Source: Candidatus Krumholzibacteriia bacterium | Lineage (GTDB): Bacteria; Krumholzibacteriota; Krumholzibacteriia; Krumholzibacteriales; Krumholzibacteriaceae | Length of the DNA stretch: 64,000 nucleotides | Reading direction: 5' to 3' | NCBI GenBank assembly: GCA_963836185.1 | Contig: CAWIIQ010000001.1 | Location: forward strand, 1 to 64,000 | Shown here: positions 22,489 to 31,725 of the stretch, in pieces | Position numbering within the stretch: the first letter of the stretch is position 1 | How the letters are laid out: each line of letters starts with the position of its first letter | Made by a program: the position numbers and the translations under genes | The notes under the pieces: model-generated | Database searches by the model: none | Told to the model about the DNA's origin: nothing | Seen by the model: only the letters and a program-made list of their open reading frames with translations

Positions 22489-23076
22489 ATGAAAACAGGC
22501 AAAGCGTTTCTGGTTGTGATCGCGGCCTGTGTCCTGGCCACTGCCGCGGGGTGCGGAAAGGAGGAGAACCTCCTTGTCGCCGGCGACTTCGAAAGGCAGA
22601 CGGAGCTGCAGAAAAGCCCGAATGGCTGGTTTGCGACAGTCGTGCCGAGGTTCAAGGAATTCGTGAGCTTCGAGTGGGATGATCAGGTCGCGCATTCAGG
22701 CGAGCATTCAGTCTCGATCGCGATCGACCCCGCTCATCCAGACGATCCAGTCTCTTACAACTGGACCGCGGCCATTCCCGCGTGCAAGGGAGGCGGGACG
22801 TACGAGATCAGCGGCTGGATAAAGACCGAGGAAATGACTACTACAGCTGTGATAATGCTCCAGTTCTGGAACGAGGATAAGAGCGCGATGCTGGGTTTTG
22901 CCACTACGCAGGCCGATTATCCGGTAACCGGCACATCGGACTGGACACAGGTCGGAAAAGTCTTCACAGTTGCCGAAGGTACAGCGGAGGTCCGGGTCCG
23001 CGCGGTAGTCCAGGCTCCGGATAACAGAGGGGGCAAGGCATGGTTTGATGATCTGTGTGTTGTCGAAGTGAAGTGA
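22489..23076 (+). CDS. Lipoprotein with CBM4/9-like jelly-roll domain
   Basis: Lipobox AAGC; GDFE...W, AHSGEHS, GWIKT, GTSDW, AWFDDL. Confidence 0.7.
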   Translation: MKTGKAFLVVIAACVLATAAGCGKEENLLVAGDFERQTELQKSPNGWFATVVPRFKEFVSFEWDDQVAHSGEHSVSIAIDPAHPDDPVSYNWTAAIPACKGGGTYEISGWIKTEEMTTTAVIMLQFWNEDKSAMLGFATTQADYPVTGTSDWTQVGKVFTVAEGTAEVRVRAVVQAPDNRGGKAWFDDLCVVEVK

Positions 23077-23102
23077 ACTTGAACATTATGGGAGGGGTAC
23101 CC

Positions 23103-23918
23103 ATGAAGAGATCGATTTTCAGGATTGCACCGGCGATCATCCTGGTCGTCATCCTTGCCGGTTCCGCGGCGGCCCAGACATATATGCTCAAAAGCATACC
23201 GAGGGAAAGGCCGCAGTTCGGGTTGCGGTTTCTGAGGCCGAGTTTTGAATACGACTCGGATCTTTCGACATTCTCAGGCGTCTACGATTTGACGGTCACC
23301 CTGCCGATCGATGAACATTGGAGCATGGACGCTTCATTGCCGTATACGAGGTTTGCGTCCGGTGATGAGGATGCCGAAAGCTTTATCGGTAATATCTACG
23401 CCGGGCTGCAGCATATCTCGATGAAAGGGACCGGCAGCGCCGTAGTATCATTCGGCGCATATTTCGCGACGGCCGAGGAGGATCTGGGGCATCTTGTATT
23501 CGGGGTGTTCACAAATTACGAAGACATGTTCAAGTATTATCCCGACGCCTGGACTCTCACCGCGAACTTCGCCTATTTCAAGACGAGTGAGAAAGGGGCG
23601 AGGTTTGGCCTGCAGGCAGGGCCGGACCTTATGATCCAGACGGGCGATGGTTCCAACACCGAATTCCTCATCCATTACGGGGCGACGGCCGGGTACAAGG
23701 CGAAGTGGCTCCTGGCTGCCGTGGAGCTGGTCGGCATGATGATGATCACCGAGGATACAGATGATTTCGGCGACCGGTTCGTCCATTCCATAGATTTCGG
23801 AGCGAGTTTTGTCAGCAAGCACTTCGCGCCGGGCGTCTTCTACAAGATCTACCTCAAGGAAGAGCTAAGCGATTTCGTCGACGGGGTCTTCGGAGTCGAT
23901 CTGGAAGTGTATCTGTAA
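23103..23918 (+). CDS. Exported probable outer-membrane beta-barrel protein
   Basis: Signal peptide; alternating aromatic beta-strand pattern; ends FGVDLEVYL. Confidence 0.6.
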   Translation: MKRSIFRIAPAIILVVILAGSAAAQTYMLKSIPRERPQFGLRFLRPSFEYDSDLSTFSGVYDLTVTLPIDEHWSMDASLPYTRFASGDEDAESFIGNIYAGLQHISMKGTGSAVVSFGAYFATAEEDLGHLVFGVFTNYEDMFKYYPDAWTLTANFAYFKTSEKGARFGLQAGPDLMIQTGDGSNTEFLIHYGATAGYKAKWLLAAVELVGMMMITEDTDDFGDRFVHSIDFGASFVSKHFAPGVFYKIYLKEELSDFVDGVFGVDLEVYL

Positions 23919-23941
23919 GGAAACAGGAAAAGGAGTGCGCC

Positions 23942-24340
23942 GTGAAGAGATTCTTTGTCGCCCTGCTGTTGGTCGCGTGCATCGTTATCCCGGTCAGGGC
24001 GGAAGAAGAATCCGGCCCGGAAAACCTGCTCGATGGCGCGCCTTACGCTGACAAGGGTATGGGGAAGAGAAAGCTCGTTGACGAGGACCACCTGCTGCTG
24101 ATGCAGATCGCGCTTAAGCCGGGGCAGAGTGTTCCAAAACATAATGCGAACGCCAACGTTCATATCATCGTCCTGGAAGGGGCGGTCGTCATCAACCTGT
24201 CCGGAAAGGATGTCGCCGCGAAAAAAGGCGACCTTGTCCCTGTCGCCTACAAGACGCCGATGATCATCAGCAACCCATCCGGGGGGAACGCGACATTCGT
24301 GGTCATCAAGACACCGAGCCCGGGACAGATGGACAAGTAA
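23942..24340 (+). CDS. Exported cupin-domain protein
   Basis: Signal peptide; LKPGQSVPKH...IVLEG...GDLV. Confidence 0.75.
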   Translation: MKRFFVALLLVACIVIPVRAEEESGPENLLDGAPYADKGMGKRKLVDEDHLLLMQIALKPGQSVPKHNANANVHIIVLEGAVVINLSGKDVAAKKGDLVPVAYKTPMIISNPSGGNATFVVIKTPSPGQMDK

Positions 24341-24354
24341 GGCGGCCGACTCAT

Positions 24355-25455
24355 ATGCCATCGGGGACAAGGAAGATCGCTGCTCTGCTGCCCGGGCTGG
24401 CCCTTGCGGCAGCTGTGACCCTTTCAGCGGTGCTGTTGACGATGGTCGCCGGCCATTTTCTCCCATGGAAGAAGAATCCGCTGAGCCCGATGCTCGTCGC
24501 GATAATCCTCGGCATGATCGTCAGGACGGCAGTTGCGCTGCCCGGGTCGGTCAGCGCCGGCACTGCATTCGGGGTCAAGAAGCTGCTGCGCTTCGGGATC
24601 ATCCTGATGGGGATCCGGCTGAGCATATTCTCGGTGATGGAGATAGGCCTGCTCTCCCTCGGGATGGTCGTCGCCTGTATAGCCACGGCTCTTGTTGTGA
24701 CGATGCTCATCGCGAGAAAACTGGGGGTAAGCGACAGGCTCGGCACGTTGATAGCGGCGGGAACCAGCATATGCGGGGTCAGCGCCATCGTGGCGGTGAG
24801 CCCGGCGATAGACGCGGGGGAGGAAGAGACCGCCTATGCCGTGGGAACGATCACGGTCTTCGGCATCCTTGCCACGATCGCGTATCCCTACCTCGCCGAG
24901 CTCGTCATGCACCTGCCGGTGACCGGCGCTGGATTTTTCCTCGGCACCTCGATACATGACACCTCCCAGGTGACAGCTGCTTCTCTCGTATACGATCAGC
25001 TGTGGTCGCTGAAGACGGCGGACGGGATAACGGGCGCCGACATAGCTATCACCACCAAGCTCGTACGCAATACATTCATGATAGCGGTGATCCCGCTGCT
25101 CGGGTTCTGGTACACGAGGAAGAACGCCCGGAAAGGGCCGGGGGCGGGGTTCAGGGTGATGAGATACATCCCCCTCTTCGTATTCGGATATATAGCGATG
25201 GGTATCGTCAGAACGCTGGGGGACCATTTCCTCGGCGCCGACAGCGCTGTGTGGACCGGAGTATGGCATGCCGTCAAGGCTGCGGCGACATGGACGATCA
25301 CCGTGTCGATCACCTGTGTCGGCCTGAATACAGACATCCGCAGGCTGGCCACCCTCGGTCACAGGCCTTTTGTCTGCGGGCTATTTGCCGCCCTGTCGGT
25401 CGGGGCCGTCAGCTGGCTGCTCGTGGTGCGGCTGGGGCGTTTCCTGGCAATATGA
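24355..25455 (+). CDS. YeiH-family putative sulfate exporter (PSE) membrane protein
   Basis: GTSICGVSAI, GTSIHDTSQV, TKLVRN; about 10 TMs. Confidence 0.88.
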   Translation: MPSGTRKIAALLPGLALAAAVTLSAVLLTMVAGHFLPWKKNPLSPMLVAIILGMIVRTAVALPGSVSAGTAFGVKKLLRFGIILMGIRLSIFSVMEIGLLSLGMVVACIATALVVTMLIARKLGVSDRLGTLIAAGTSICGVSAIVAVSPAIDAGEEETAYAVGTITVFGILATIAYPYLAELVMHLPVTGAGFFLGTSIHDTSQVTAASLVYDQLWSLKTADGITGADIAITTKLVRNTFMIAVIPLLGFWYTRKNARKGPGAGFRVMRYIPLFVFGYIAMGIVRTLGDHFLGADSAVWTGVWHAVKAAATWTITVSITCVGLNTDIRRLATLGHRPFVCGLFAALSVGAVSWLLVVRLGRFLAI

Positions 25456-25493
25456 GGCCGCGAGGGTATTTTCCGCGGCATGGAAACGGGCTC

Positions 25494-25536
25494 TTGACAA
25501 CAGGGCTTCTTGTGATTACAATGTAATCACAAGAAG
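25494..25536 (+). promoter_or_regulatory. Sigma70 promoter with TA operator palindrome
   Basis: TTGACA (25494) - 17 bp - TACAAT (25517); perfect 15-bp arms CTTCTTGTGATTACA-A-TGTAATCACAAGAAG at 25506-25536. Confidence 0.85.
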
Positions 25537-25546
25537 AGAGGCTGCC

Positions 25547-25801
25547 GTGAAGTCAAAGATCGTGAAAATAGGGAACTCGCAGGGTATCCGCATACCTAAG
25601 CCGCTGATCGAGCAGCTCGGCATCGAGCGGGATATCGAGATCTATGTCGAAGAAAACAGGCTCATCATCAGCCGTGTCGAAGAGCCACGCGCCGGCTGGG
25701 GTGATTCTTTCAGGTCGATGGCGGATCGCGGTGACGATAAGCTGCTCGATGGGGATGGGACGACCGGGACGGCATGGGACGAGGAGGAGTGGGAGTGGTA
25801 G
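25547..25801 (+). CDS. mazE: AbrB/MazE-family antitoxin
   Basis: KIGNSQGIRIPK; PRAGW; acidic end WDEEEWEW; GTG start. Confidence 0.9.
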   Translation: MKSKIVKIGNSQGIRIPKPLIEQLGIERDIEIYVEENRLIISRVEEPRAGWGDSFRSMADRGDDKLLDGDGTTGTAWDEEEWEW

Positions 25802-26118
25802 CGAATCGTTTCGATGTATACCTTGTGAATCTTGACCCCGCGGTCGGCAGCGAGATAAAGAAGACACGGCCCTGCCTGGTGATATCCCCCGACGAGATGA
25901 ACAGCAATATCCACACCATCATCGTTGCGCCTATGACGACCGGTGGAAGGGCTTATCCTACGCGGGTGCCGTGCAGGTTTCAGCGCAAAAAGGGGCAGGT
26001 AGTGCTCGATCAGATAAGGACGGTTGACAGGAACCGGCTGGTGAGGAAGCTCGGAAAGCTGGGGCCGGGGGCATCGGTCAAGGTCCTCTCCGTGCTCTCG
26101 GAGATGTTCGCTCCCTGA
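25789..26118 (+). CDS. mazF: PemK/MazF-family mRNA interferase toxin
   Basis: LDPAVGSEIKKTRPCLVISP, LDQIRTVDRNRL; overlaps the antitoxin end. Confidence 0.92.
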   Translation: MGVVANRFDVYLVNLDPAVGSEIKKTRPCLVISPDEMNSNIHTIIVAPMTTGGRAYPTRVPCRFQRKKGQVVLDQIRTVDRNRLVRKLGKLGPGASVKVLSVLSEMFAP

Positions 26119-26137
26119 TATCAAAGGAGGCCGGGAG

Positions 26138-27235
26138 ATCAAAGAGCGCGACGTTATAGGATTTCTGAGGGATTCGTTCCCCGATTCGGGGCTGGGCGAC
26201 GATACCGCCGTCTTCGATTCCCCTGGAGCGAGCCTGCTGTTCGCCTCGGACGCGGCGGTAGAAGGGGTCCACTTCAGGCTCGATTTCTCGACCGTCGGCC
26301 AGGCGGTGCAGAAGGTCGTTACTTCCAATGTGTCTGACATATACGCGATGGGAGGGGAGCCCTCCGGGATAGTCTTCACCTCGGGGCTTCCGGACAGTTG
26401 CGGCGAGGAGGATCTCGTCTCGATAGTCGACGGCCTCCAGCGGTCGTGCGGAGCGTACGGGATGAGGCTTTTCGGAGGCGACACCGTCCTGTCCCCGACG
26501 GGATACTTCTTCGACGTGGCGATCATCGGCTCGATGCCCGAGGGATTTGTCCCGTTCAGGCGCTCAGGAGCGAGGCCCGGCGACCTGCTCGTCCTCTTCG
26601 GCGAGGTCGGCGGCTCGCTCGCCGGGCTGAGGCTGCTCGAGGGGATCTCGGGCGGCGGCTCGGCCGGCATCCTCGATCCGATACTTCCTCCGCACGAGGA
26701 GCGGCTCTGCCTGCACGAGGCGTACGGGACCCTGTCGGTCGACAATACGAGAGCGGACATCGCCGCGATGTGTGCGAGTAAGGATTTTCCAGAGGGGGCG
26801 GAGGAGACGCTGGCACTTATAAGCAGGCATATCTCGCCCCTCTCTCTCAAACCGTCCGTGAACGGCTCTCAAGCGTGGGCGCCGAAGGTGACGGCGATGA
26901 TAGATATCAGCGACGGGCTGGGAAAGGATCTCACCACCCTCTGCGCGGAGAGCGGCGTGGGGGCCGTGATCTCGGAGGAGAAGATCCCCATCCCCGCCTC
27001 GGTCGCCAGCGCCATGGAAGCTGACCGCGATAAGCTCACGATCTTCGCACTGTCGAGCGGTGAGGAGTATGTCGCACTGGCGGCGGTAGATCCGGGGGAT
27101 GTCCCTCCGGGAGCGGCCGTCATCGGAGCTGTCACCGAAGAAGGGGGCGGCCTTCTGCTCGAGGATGCCGATGGCGGGATGAAGCCTCTGCCGGCAGTCG
27201 GATATGAACACGAGTTCCAGGAGAGACAGGGATGA
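26138..27235 (+). CDS. thiL: Thiamine-monophosphate kinase
   Basis: GDDTAV, EGVHF, NVSDIYAMGG, GGDT, RSGARPGD, DISDGL; frame stays open back to ATC 26138 behind SD AAAGGAGG. Confidence 0.88.
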   Translation: MKERDVIGFLRDSFPDSGLGDDTAVFDSPGASLLFASDAAVEGVHFRLDFSTVGQAVQKVVTSNVSDIYAMGGEPSGIVFTSGLPDSCGEEDLVSIVDGLQRSCGAYGMRLFGGDTVLSPTGYFFDVAIIGSMPEGFVPFRRSGARPGDLLVLFGEVGGSLAGLRLLEGISGGGSAGILDPILPPHEERLCLHEAYGTLSVDNTRADIAAMCASKDFPEGAEETLALISRHISPLSLKPSVNGSQAWAPKVTAMIDISDGLGKDLTTLCAESGVGAVISEEKIPIPASVASAMEADRDKLTIFALSSGEEYVALAAVDPGDVPPGAAVIGAVTEEGGGLLLEDADGGMKPLPAVGYEHEFQERQG

Positions 27236-27939
27236 AGTATGATCTGAAGCCGGGTTACATGATCGCGGGAAAGTACGAGATCATCGAAAAACTCGGAGCG
27301 GGATGGGAAGGCGAGGTCTACCGCGTTATGGAGAAGACGATCGGCGTGGAGAGAGCCGCCAAGCTTTTCTATCCCCGCAGCGATGACAGGAACCGGGCGA
27401 CGAAATTCTACGCGCGAAAGCTCCACAAGCTTCGACACTGCCCGATCATGATCCAGTACCATACGGGGGAAAGGATCACGATCGACGGGATCAGGGTCAA
27501 TGTCCTCATATCGGAATATGTGGAGGGAGAGATCCTCACTTCCTTCGTCAGGCGGCAGCCGGGAAAGAAGCTGACCGCCTTCGAGGGTGTGCACCTGCTC
27601 CACGAACTCGCCCTCGGGATCGAGGAGATACACAGGGCGCACGAGTATCACGGCGATCTTCACGACGATAACATCATCATCAGGCGCAGGGGGCTCTCGT
27701 TCAACTGCAAGGTGGTGGACATGTACAACTGGGGAGCGCCCAAGGCCGAGAACGTACGCGATGACGTCTGCGACCTGGTCAGGATATTCTACGATGCCCT
27801 TGGCGGGAAACGCACATACTGGAAGCAGTCACCCGAGATAAAGTACATAATCTCGGGGCTGAAGAGGTCGCTGATCACGAAGAAGTTCAGGACGGCCGGA
27901 CATCTGCGCAGGTATATCGAGACGATGGAATGGGAGTGA
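27232..27939 (+). CDS. Stand-alone Ser/Thr protein-kinase-like protein
   Basis: LGAGWEGEVY, AAKLF, YHGDLHDDNII, VVDMY; ATGA overlap. Confidence 0.8.
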   Translation: MKYDLKPGYMIAGKYEIIEKLGAGWEGEVYRVMEKTIGVERAAKLFYPRSDDRNRATKFYARKLHKLRHCPIMIQYHTGERITIDGIRVNVLISEYVEGEILTSFVRRQPGKKLTAFEGVHLLHELALGIEEIHRAHEYHGDLHDDNIIIRRRGLSFNCKVVDMYNWGAPKAENVRDDVCDLVRIFYDALGGKRTYWKQSPEIKYIISGLKRSLITKKFRTAGHLRRYIETMEWE

Positions 27940-27948
27940 GACGGCTAT

Positions 27949-28581
27949 ATGCTCATATACATGATCAGGCACGGAAGGACGGACTGGAACGATCAGCGCA
28001 GGATAATGGGGCGCGAGCAGGTTCCGCTCAACGACAAGGGGCGGGAGATGGTCGAGGCGGTCGCCGGGCAGCTGGCGGCCGAGGATATCGCGGTGATCTA
28101 CTCGGGCACCCTTGCCAGGACAAAGGAGACGGCCCGCATACTTGCCGATGCCTGGGGGGCAAAGATAGTCGAGGAGCCGCGCCTCGATGAATCAGCTTAC
28201 GAGAGATGGGTCGGCAAGAAGTACACCGAGCTCAAGGGGGACCCCGATTTCGACCTGTACGGGACGGCGCCATCCCGATCGAACTTCTCCGAGGGCGAAG
28301 GGATGGCCGATATACAGGAGCGCGTGCTCGCCGTGATAGACCGCATATCCGCTGAAGACCGCGGGGTCAAGACGGCGCTCGTCTCGCACGCCGATGTGAT
28401 CAAGCCCGTCATCACCCATTACCTCGGCATGGACCTCGACACGATGCACAGGCTCGCCGTCGCGAATGCTTCGGTCACAGTGCTCGATCTCGGCTACCCC
28501 GGCGCACCGAGGATCAGGTACATGAACATGATGCCCTGGAAATGGAAAAAGGGACTGCCTGACCCGATGAGCCCCGAGTGA
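27949..28581 (+). CDS. Histidine phosphatase (phosphoglycerate mutase-like)
   Basis: IRHGRTDWN, RTKETA, LVSH. Confidence 0.88.
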   Translation: MLIYMIRHGRTDWNDQRRIMGREQVPLNDKGREMVEAVAGQLAAEDIAVIYSGTLARTKETARILADAWGAKIVEEPRLDESAYERWVGKKYTELKGDPDFDLYGTAPSRSNFSEGEGMADIQERVLAVIDRISAEDRGVKTALVSHADVIKPVITHYLGMDLDTMHRLAVANASVTVLDLGYPGAPRIRYMNMMPWKWKKGLPDPMSPE

Positions 28582-28597
28582 TGACGCGAAAGGAACG

Positions 28598-29605
28598 ATG
28601 AAGCTATATCTCGGCATAGAGACCTCCTGCGACGACACTTCTTGCGCGATCTATTCGCCCGAAGAGGGTATCGTCGCTTACAGGACCGCGTCGCAGCTCG
28701 ACCACGCGAAGTACGGCGGCGTCGTGCCCGAGATCGCCTCGCGCACACACATGAAGACACTGCTTCCCCTCTACGAGACGGTGATGGAGGAGGCCGGGAC
28801 CGGTCTCGGCGACCTGGCCGGTATCGGCGTGACGAACGGCCCGGGATTGACCGGCTCCCTTCTCGTCGGCCTTTCGTTCGCCAAGGCGATCGCCTACGGG
28901 AGCGGCATCCCGCTCGCCGGGATCCACCACATCGAGGGACACATACTGGCCAACGCGATCGATGAGCCGATGGAGACGCCGGCAGTGGTCCTGGTCGTCT
29001 CGGGCGGGCATACGCAGCTCTTCAATGTCGAGAGGCCGGGCCGGTACGAGCTGCTCGGCGGCACCCGCGACGACGCGGCGGGAGAGGCCTTCGACAAGAT
29101 CGGAAAGATCCTCGGCCTGCCTTACCCGGGAGGGCCCTCGATAGAGAAAGCGGCGCGGGACGGGGACGCGGCGGCTTTTGATTTTCCCCGCGCGATGCGA
29201 AGGTCGGGTGAGTGCGATTTCTCCTTTTCCGGGCTGAAGACGGCGGTGCGCCTCAAGGTCGAGGAGCTCGGCGAGCTTTCAGCGCGGACCGTTGCCGATG
29301 TCGCCGCTTCGGCGCAGGAGGCTATCGTCGACGCCTTGGCTCTCAAGTCGGTCATGGCCGTCGAGCGGACAGGGGCCTCTCGCTTCTATATAGCCGGCGG
29401 GGTCGCCGCCAACGGCAGGCTGCGCGAAGTCATGAAGGAGCGGGTCGGCATGGCGGGAGCAGTAGTGTCGTGGCCGCCGATAGGGTACTGCACCGACAAC
29501 GCGGCGATGATAGCCTGCGCGGCGTGGTACCATCTCTCGGCCGGGCACAGCGACGGGCTCGATCTCAACACATTTCCCAGGGGAGAGCTCAGGTCCTGGG
29601 CGTGA
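28598..29605 (+). CDS. tsaD: tRNA N6-threonylcarbamoyladenosine synthesis protein TsaD
   Basis: GIETSCDDT, GGVVPEIASR, HHIEGH, DDAAGEAFDK, TDNAAMI. Confidence 0.96.
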   Translation: MKLYLGIETSCDDTSCAIYSPEEGIVAYRTASQLDHAKYGGVVPEIASRTHMKTLLPLYETVMEEAGTGLGDLAGIGVTNGPGLTGSLLVGLSFAKAIAYGSGIPLAGIHHIEGHILANAIDEPMETPAVVLVVSGGHTQLFNVERPGRYELLGGTRDDAAGEAFDKIGKILGLPYPGGPSIEKAARDGDAAAFDFPRAMRRSGECDFSFSGLKTAVRLKVEELGELSARTVADVAASAQEAIVDALALKSVMAVERTGASRFYIAGGVAANGRLREVMKERVGMAGAVVSWPPIGYCTDNAAMIACAAWYHLSAGHSDGLDLNTFPRGELRSWA

Positions 29606-29655
29606 CGCATATCTTCCAGTTTTCCCTTAATGTTACATCTATACCTGATTGATTT

Positions 29656-29811
29656 AATAATGCATTGTCAGCGTTGCATTATTCGACCTTTTTATTGCAT
29701 TTATCCGTCTTTCAGGCCCCCGTTAAAAGGGCGGAAAATGCTGATATAACGCCTTTTCACGCATCGGTTTAACCCTCTTCCAATACTCCTTTCCCTTGGC
29801 ACCATAATTGC
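29656..29811 (+). promoter_or_regulatory. Sigma54 -24/-12 promoter with upstream palindromic enhancer candidate
   Basis: TTGGCACCATAATTGC at 29796-29811; AATAATGCA-N10-TGCATTATT at 29656-29683. Confidence 0.75.
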
Positions 29812-29885
29812 CATTCCCTTCGTGGCGATAAGCCGAAAACCCGATTTGAGCGGAGGGGAACACCCTTTTTCGGGGATATGACAGA

Positions 29886-30869
29886 ATGAGCGCAGGGAAA
29901 GAAAACGACGTCCGGAGGATACTCGTCGTAGATGACGAGGAGCATATCCGGCGTATACTCAAATTCCAGCTGGAAAAGCACGGCTACGATGTCGTCACTG
30001 CTGAGAACGGCGAGGTTGCGCTGAAGATGGTCAGGCGTTCGATGCCCGACCTGATCCTCCTCGACCTGATGATGCCGAAGATAGACGGCTTCGAGGTATG
30101 CAGGCAGCTGCGGGCCGATTTCCAGACCAGCCAGATACCGATCATCATGCTCACCGCGAAGAGCGACCTTCCCGACAAGATCAAGGGACTGCAGGGAGGC
30201 GCCAACGACTATCTCGTGAAGCCCTACTCGAACGAGGAGCTTCTGCTCCGCGTCCACAACGTGCTCGAGTGGAGCCAGAACCAGAAGAACGCCAACCCTC
30301 TCACCGGATTCGCCGGGAACAAGGCTATCGAGAAGGAGCTGGCCAGGAGGATCGGCGGCTGCGAGCCGTTCGCGTTCCTCTACATCGACATCGACAATTT
30401 CAAGGCATACAACGATTACTACGGATATCAGAAGGGTGACGAATCGATCCTCTTCCTCGCCGACATCATCACCGAAGCTGTCAACTCGCTCGGCGGCCAG
30501 GGAGATTTCGTCGGCCATATCGGCGGGGATGATTTCGTCATCGTCACCTCTCTCAATCGCGCCGAGTTTATCGGGCGGCACATCATCGATGAATTTGACA
30601 AGGGGTCTCTCGTACTGCTCAACGAGGAGGACATCCGCAAGGGGTACCTCGAGATCAGGAACCGCCTTGGCGAGATCAAGAGGGTGCCGCTGATGTCTCT
30701 GACAATAGCTCTCGTGCTCAACGACGGAGAGCGGCTGAAGCATTTCGCCCAGGTCAGCGACATCGCGTCCGAGCTGAAGAAATTTGGAAAGGGTATGACG
30801 GGAAGCGTCGTCGTAAGAGAGCGGCGCAAGGAGGAGGCCTCGGAAGCAGCCGAGGTCGAGACTCTCTAG
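29886..30869 (+). CDS. Response regulator with diguanylate cyclase (REC-GGDEF, GGDDF variant)
   Basis: ILVVDDE, LDLMMP, KP; NPLTG, DIDNFKAYND, GHIGGDDF. Confidence 0.92.
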   Translation: MSAGKENDVRRILVVDDEEHIRRILKFQLEKHGYDVVTAENGEVALKMVRRSMPDLILLDLMMPKIDGFEVCRQLRADFQTSQIPIIMLTAKSDLPDKIKGLQGGANDYLVKPYSNEELLLRVHNVLEWSQNQKNANPLTGFAGNKAIEKELARRIGGCEPFAFLYIDIDNFKAYNDYYGYQKGDESILFLADIITEAVNSLGGQGDFVGHIGGDDFVIVTSLNRAEFIGRHIIDEFDKGSLVLLNEEDIRKGYLEIRNRLGEIKRVPLMSLTIALVLNDGERLKHFAQVSDIASELKKFGKGMTGSVVVRERRKEEASEAAEVETL

Positions 30870-30906
30870 CCGGAGGGCTCAGTGGCCGGAACGATCAATA
30901 CAGACA

Positions 30907-31725
30907 ATGCCCCGGGAACGGCTGACCGTTCTCGAGCAGCACGGCGAGATGGAGTTCCTCAGGGAGGAGCTCGAACGCTACCGGAGCGTCTTCGAGTCGG
31001 CCTCGATGATCGTCGGACACGAACTGATCAAGCCCCTGACTTCCATAAGCGGATACGTGGAGCTTCTCGAAGACAGGTTCGAGGAATCGTCGGGCGCGGA
31101 TGAAAAGCGCTACTTTCTGCGTCTCAGGGAATCGATCGGCCAGCTCCAGGAGCTCGTCGAATCATTCGTTCAGCTCCTCAGGTTCGACCGTCTCGGTGAA
31201 CAGGCCGGGGTGCTCGAGCGAGTCGATATGCGCGACCTCGTCGAAAAGCTCAGGCCGCGGGACGGCGAGGAAAAGGCGCGGCTTCGAAATACGATCGATC
31301 CGCAGATGCAGCCGATCCTCGTCCGCAGAAAACATCTCGAGGTCGTTCTCGACAACCTGATCTCCAACGCGCTCAAGCACAGCGGCAACAGGACGCCCGT
31401 GGTCGTTGACGCGGAGATCATCAGGGAGCGGCGCGGGAACATCGGGGAGAGCGTCCTTCTCGTCAGCGTCGTCGACGAGGGAGTCGGGATACCGGAGGAC
31501 GAGATAGAAGAGATCTTCAATCCGTTCTACAGGGGAGATTCGGACAGGCGCGCCGGAGGCCTTGGCCTCGGGCTGGCCCTTGTAAAGAACATCATAGATA
31601 TCATGGGCGGAGAGATCCGGGTGAGCAGCAGTCCCGGGGCGGGCACGAAGGTGACGATCAGCATCCCTCTGAGCAACGAGGGCCGTTCCCGTGACCTGAA
31701 AGAACAGGAAGATGACCGTGAATAA
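30907..31725 (+). CDS. Cytoplasmic histidine kinase lacking a sensor domain
   Basis: GHELIKPLTSI, NLISNALKH, DEGVGI, FNPFYR, GLGLGL. Confidence 0.88.
   Translation: MPRERLTVLEQHGEMEFLREELERYRSVFESASMIVGHELIKPLTSISGYVELLEDRFEESSGADEKRYFLRLRESIGQLQELVESFVQLLRFDRLGEQAGVLERVDMRDLVEKLRPRDGEEKARLRNTIDPQMQPILVRRKHLEVVLDNLISNALKHSGNRTPVVVDAEIIRERRGNIGESVLLVSVVDEGVGIPEDEIEEIFNPFYRGDSDRRAGGLGLGLALVKNIIDIMGGEIRVSSSPGAGTKVTISIPLSNEGRSRDLKEQEDDRE

Noticed and set aside
30380-30540. GGDEF as a Hypr-type cGAMP synthase
   Set aside because: The specificity position is Asp (YQKGD), not Ser, which is consistent with c-di-GMP
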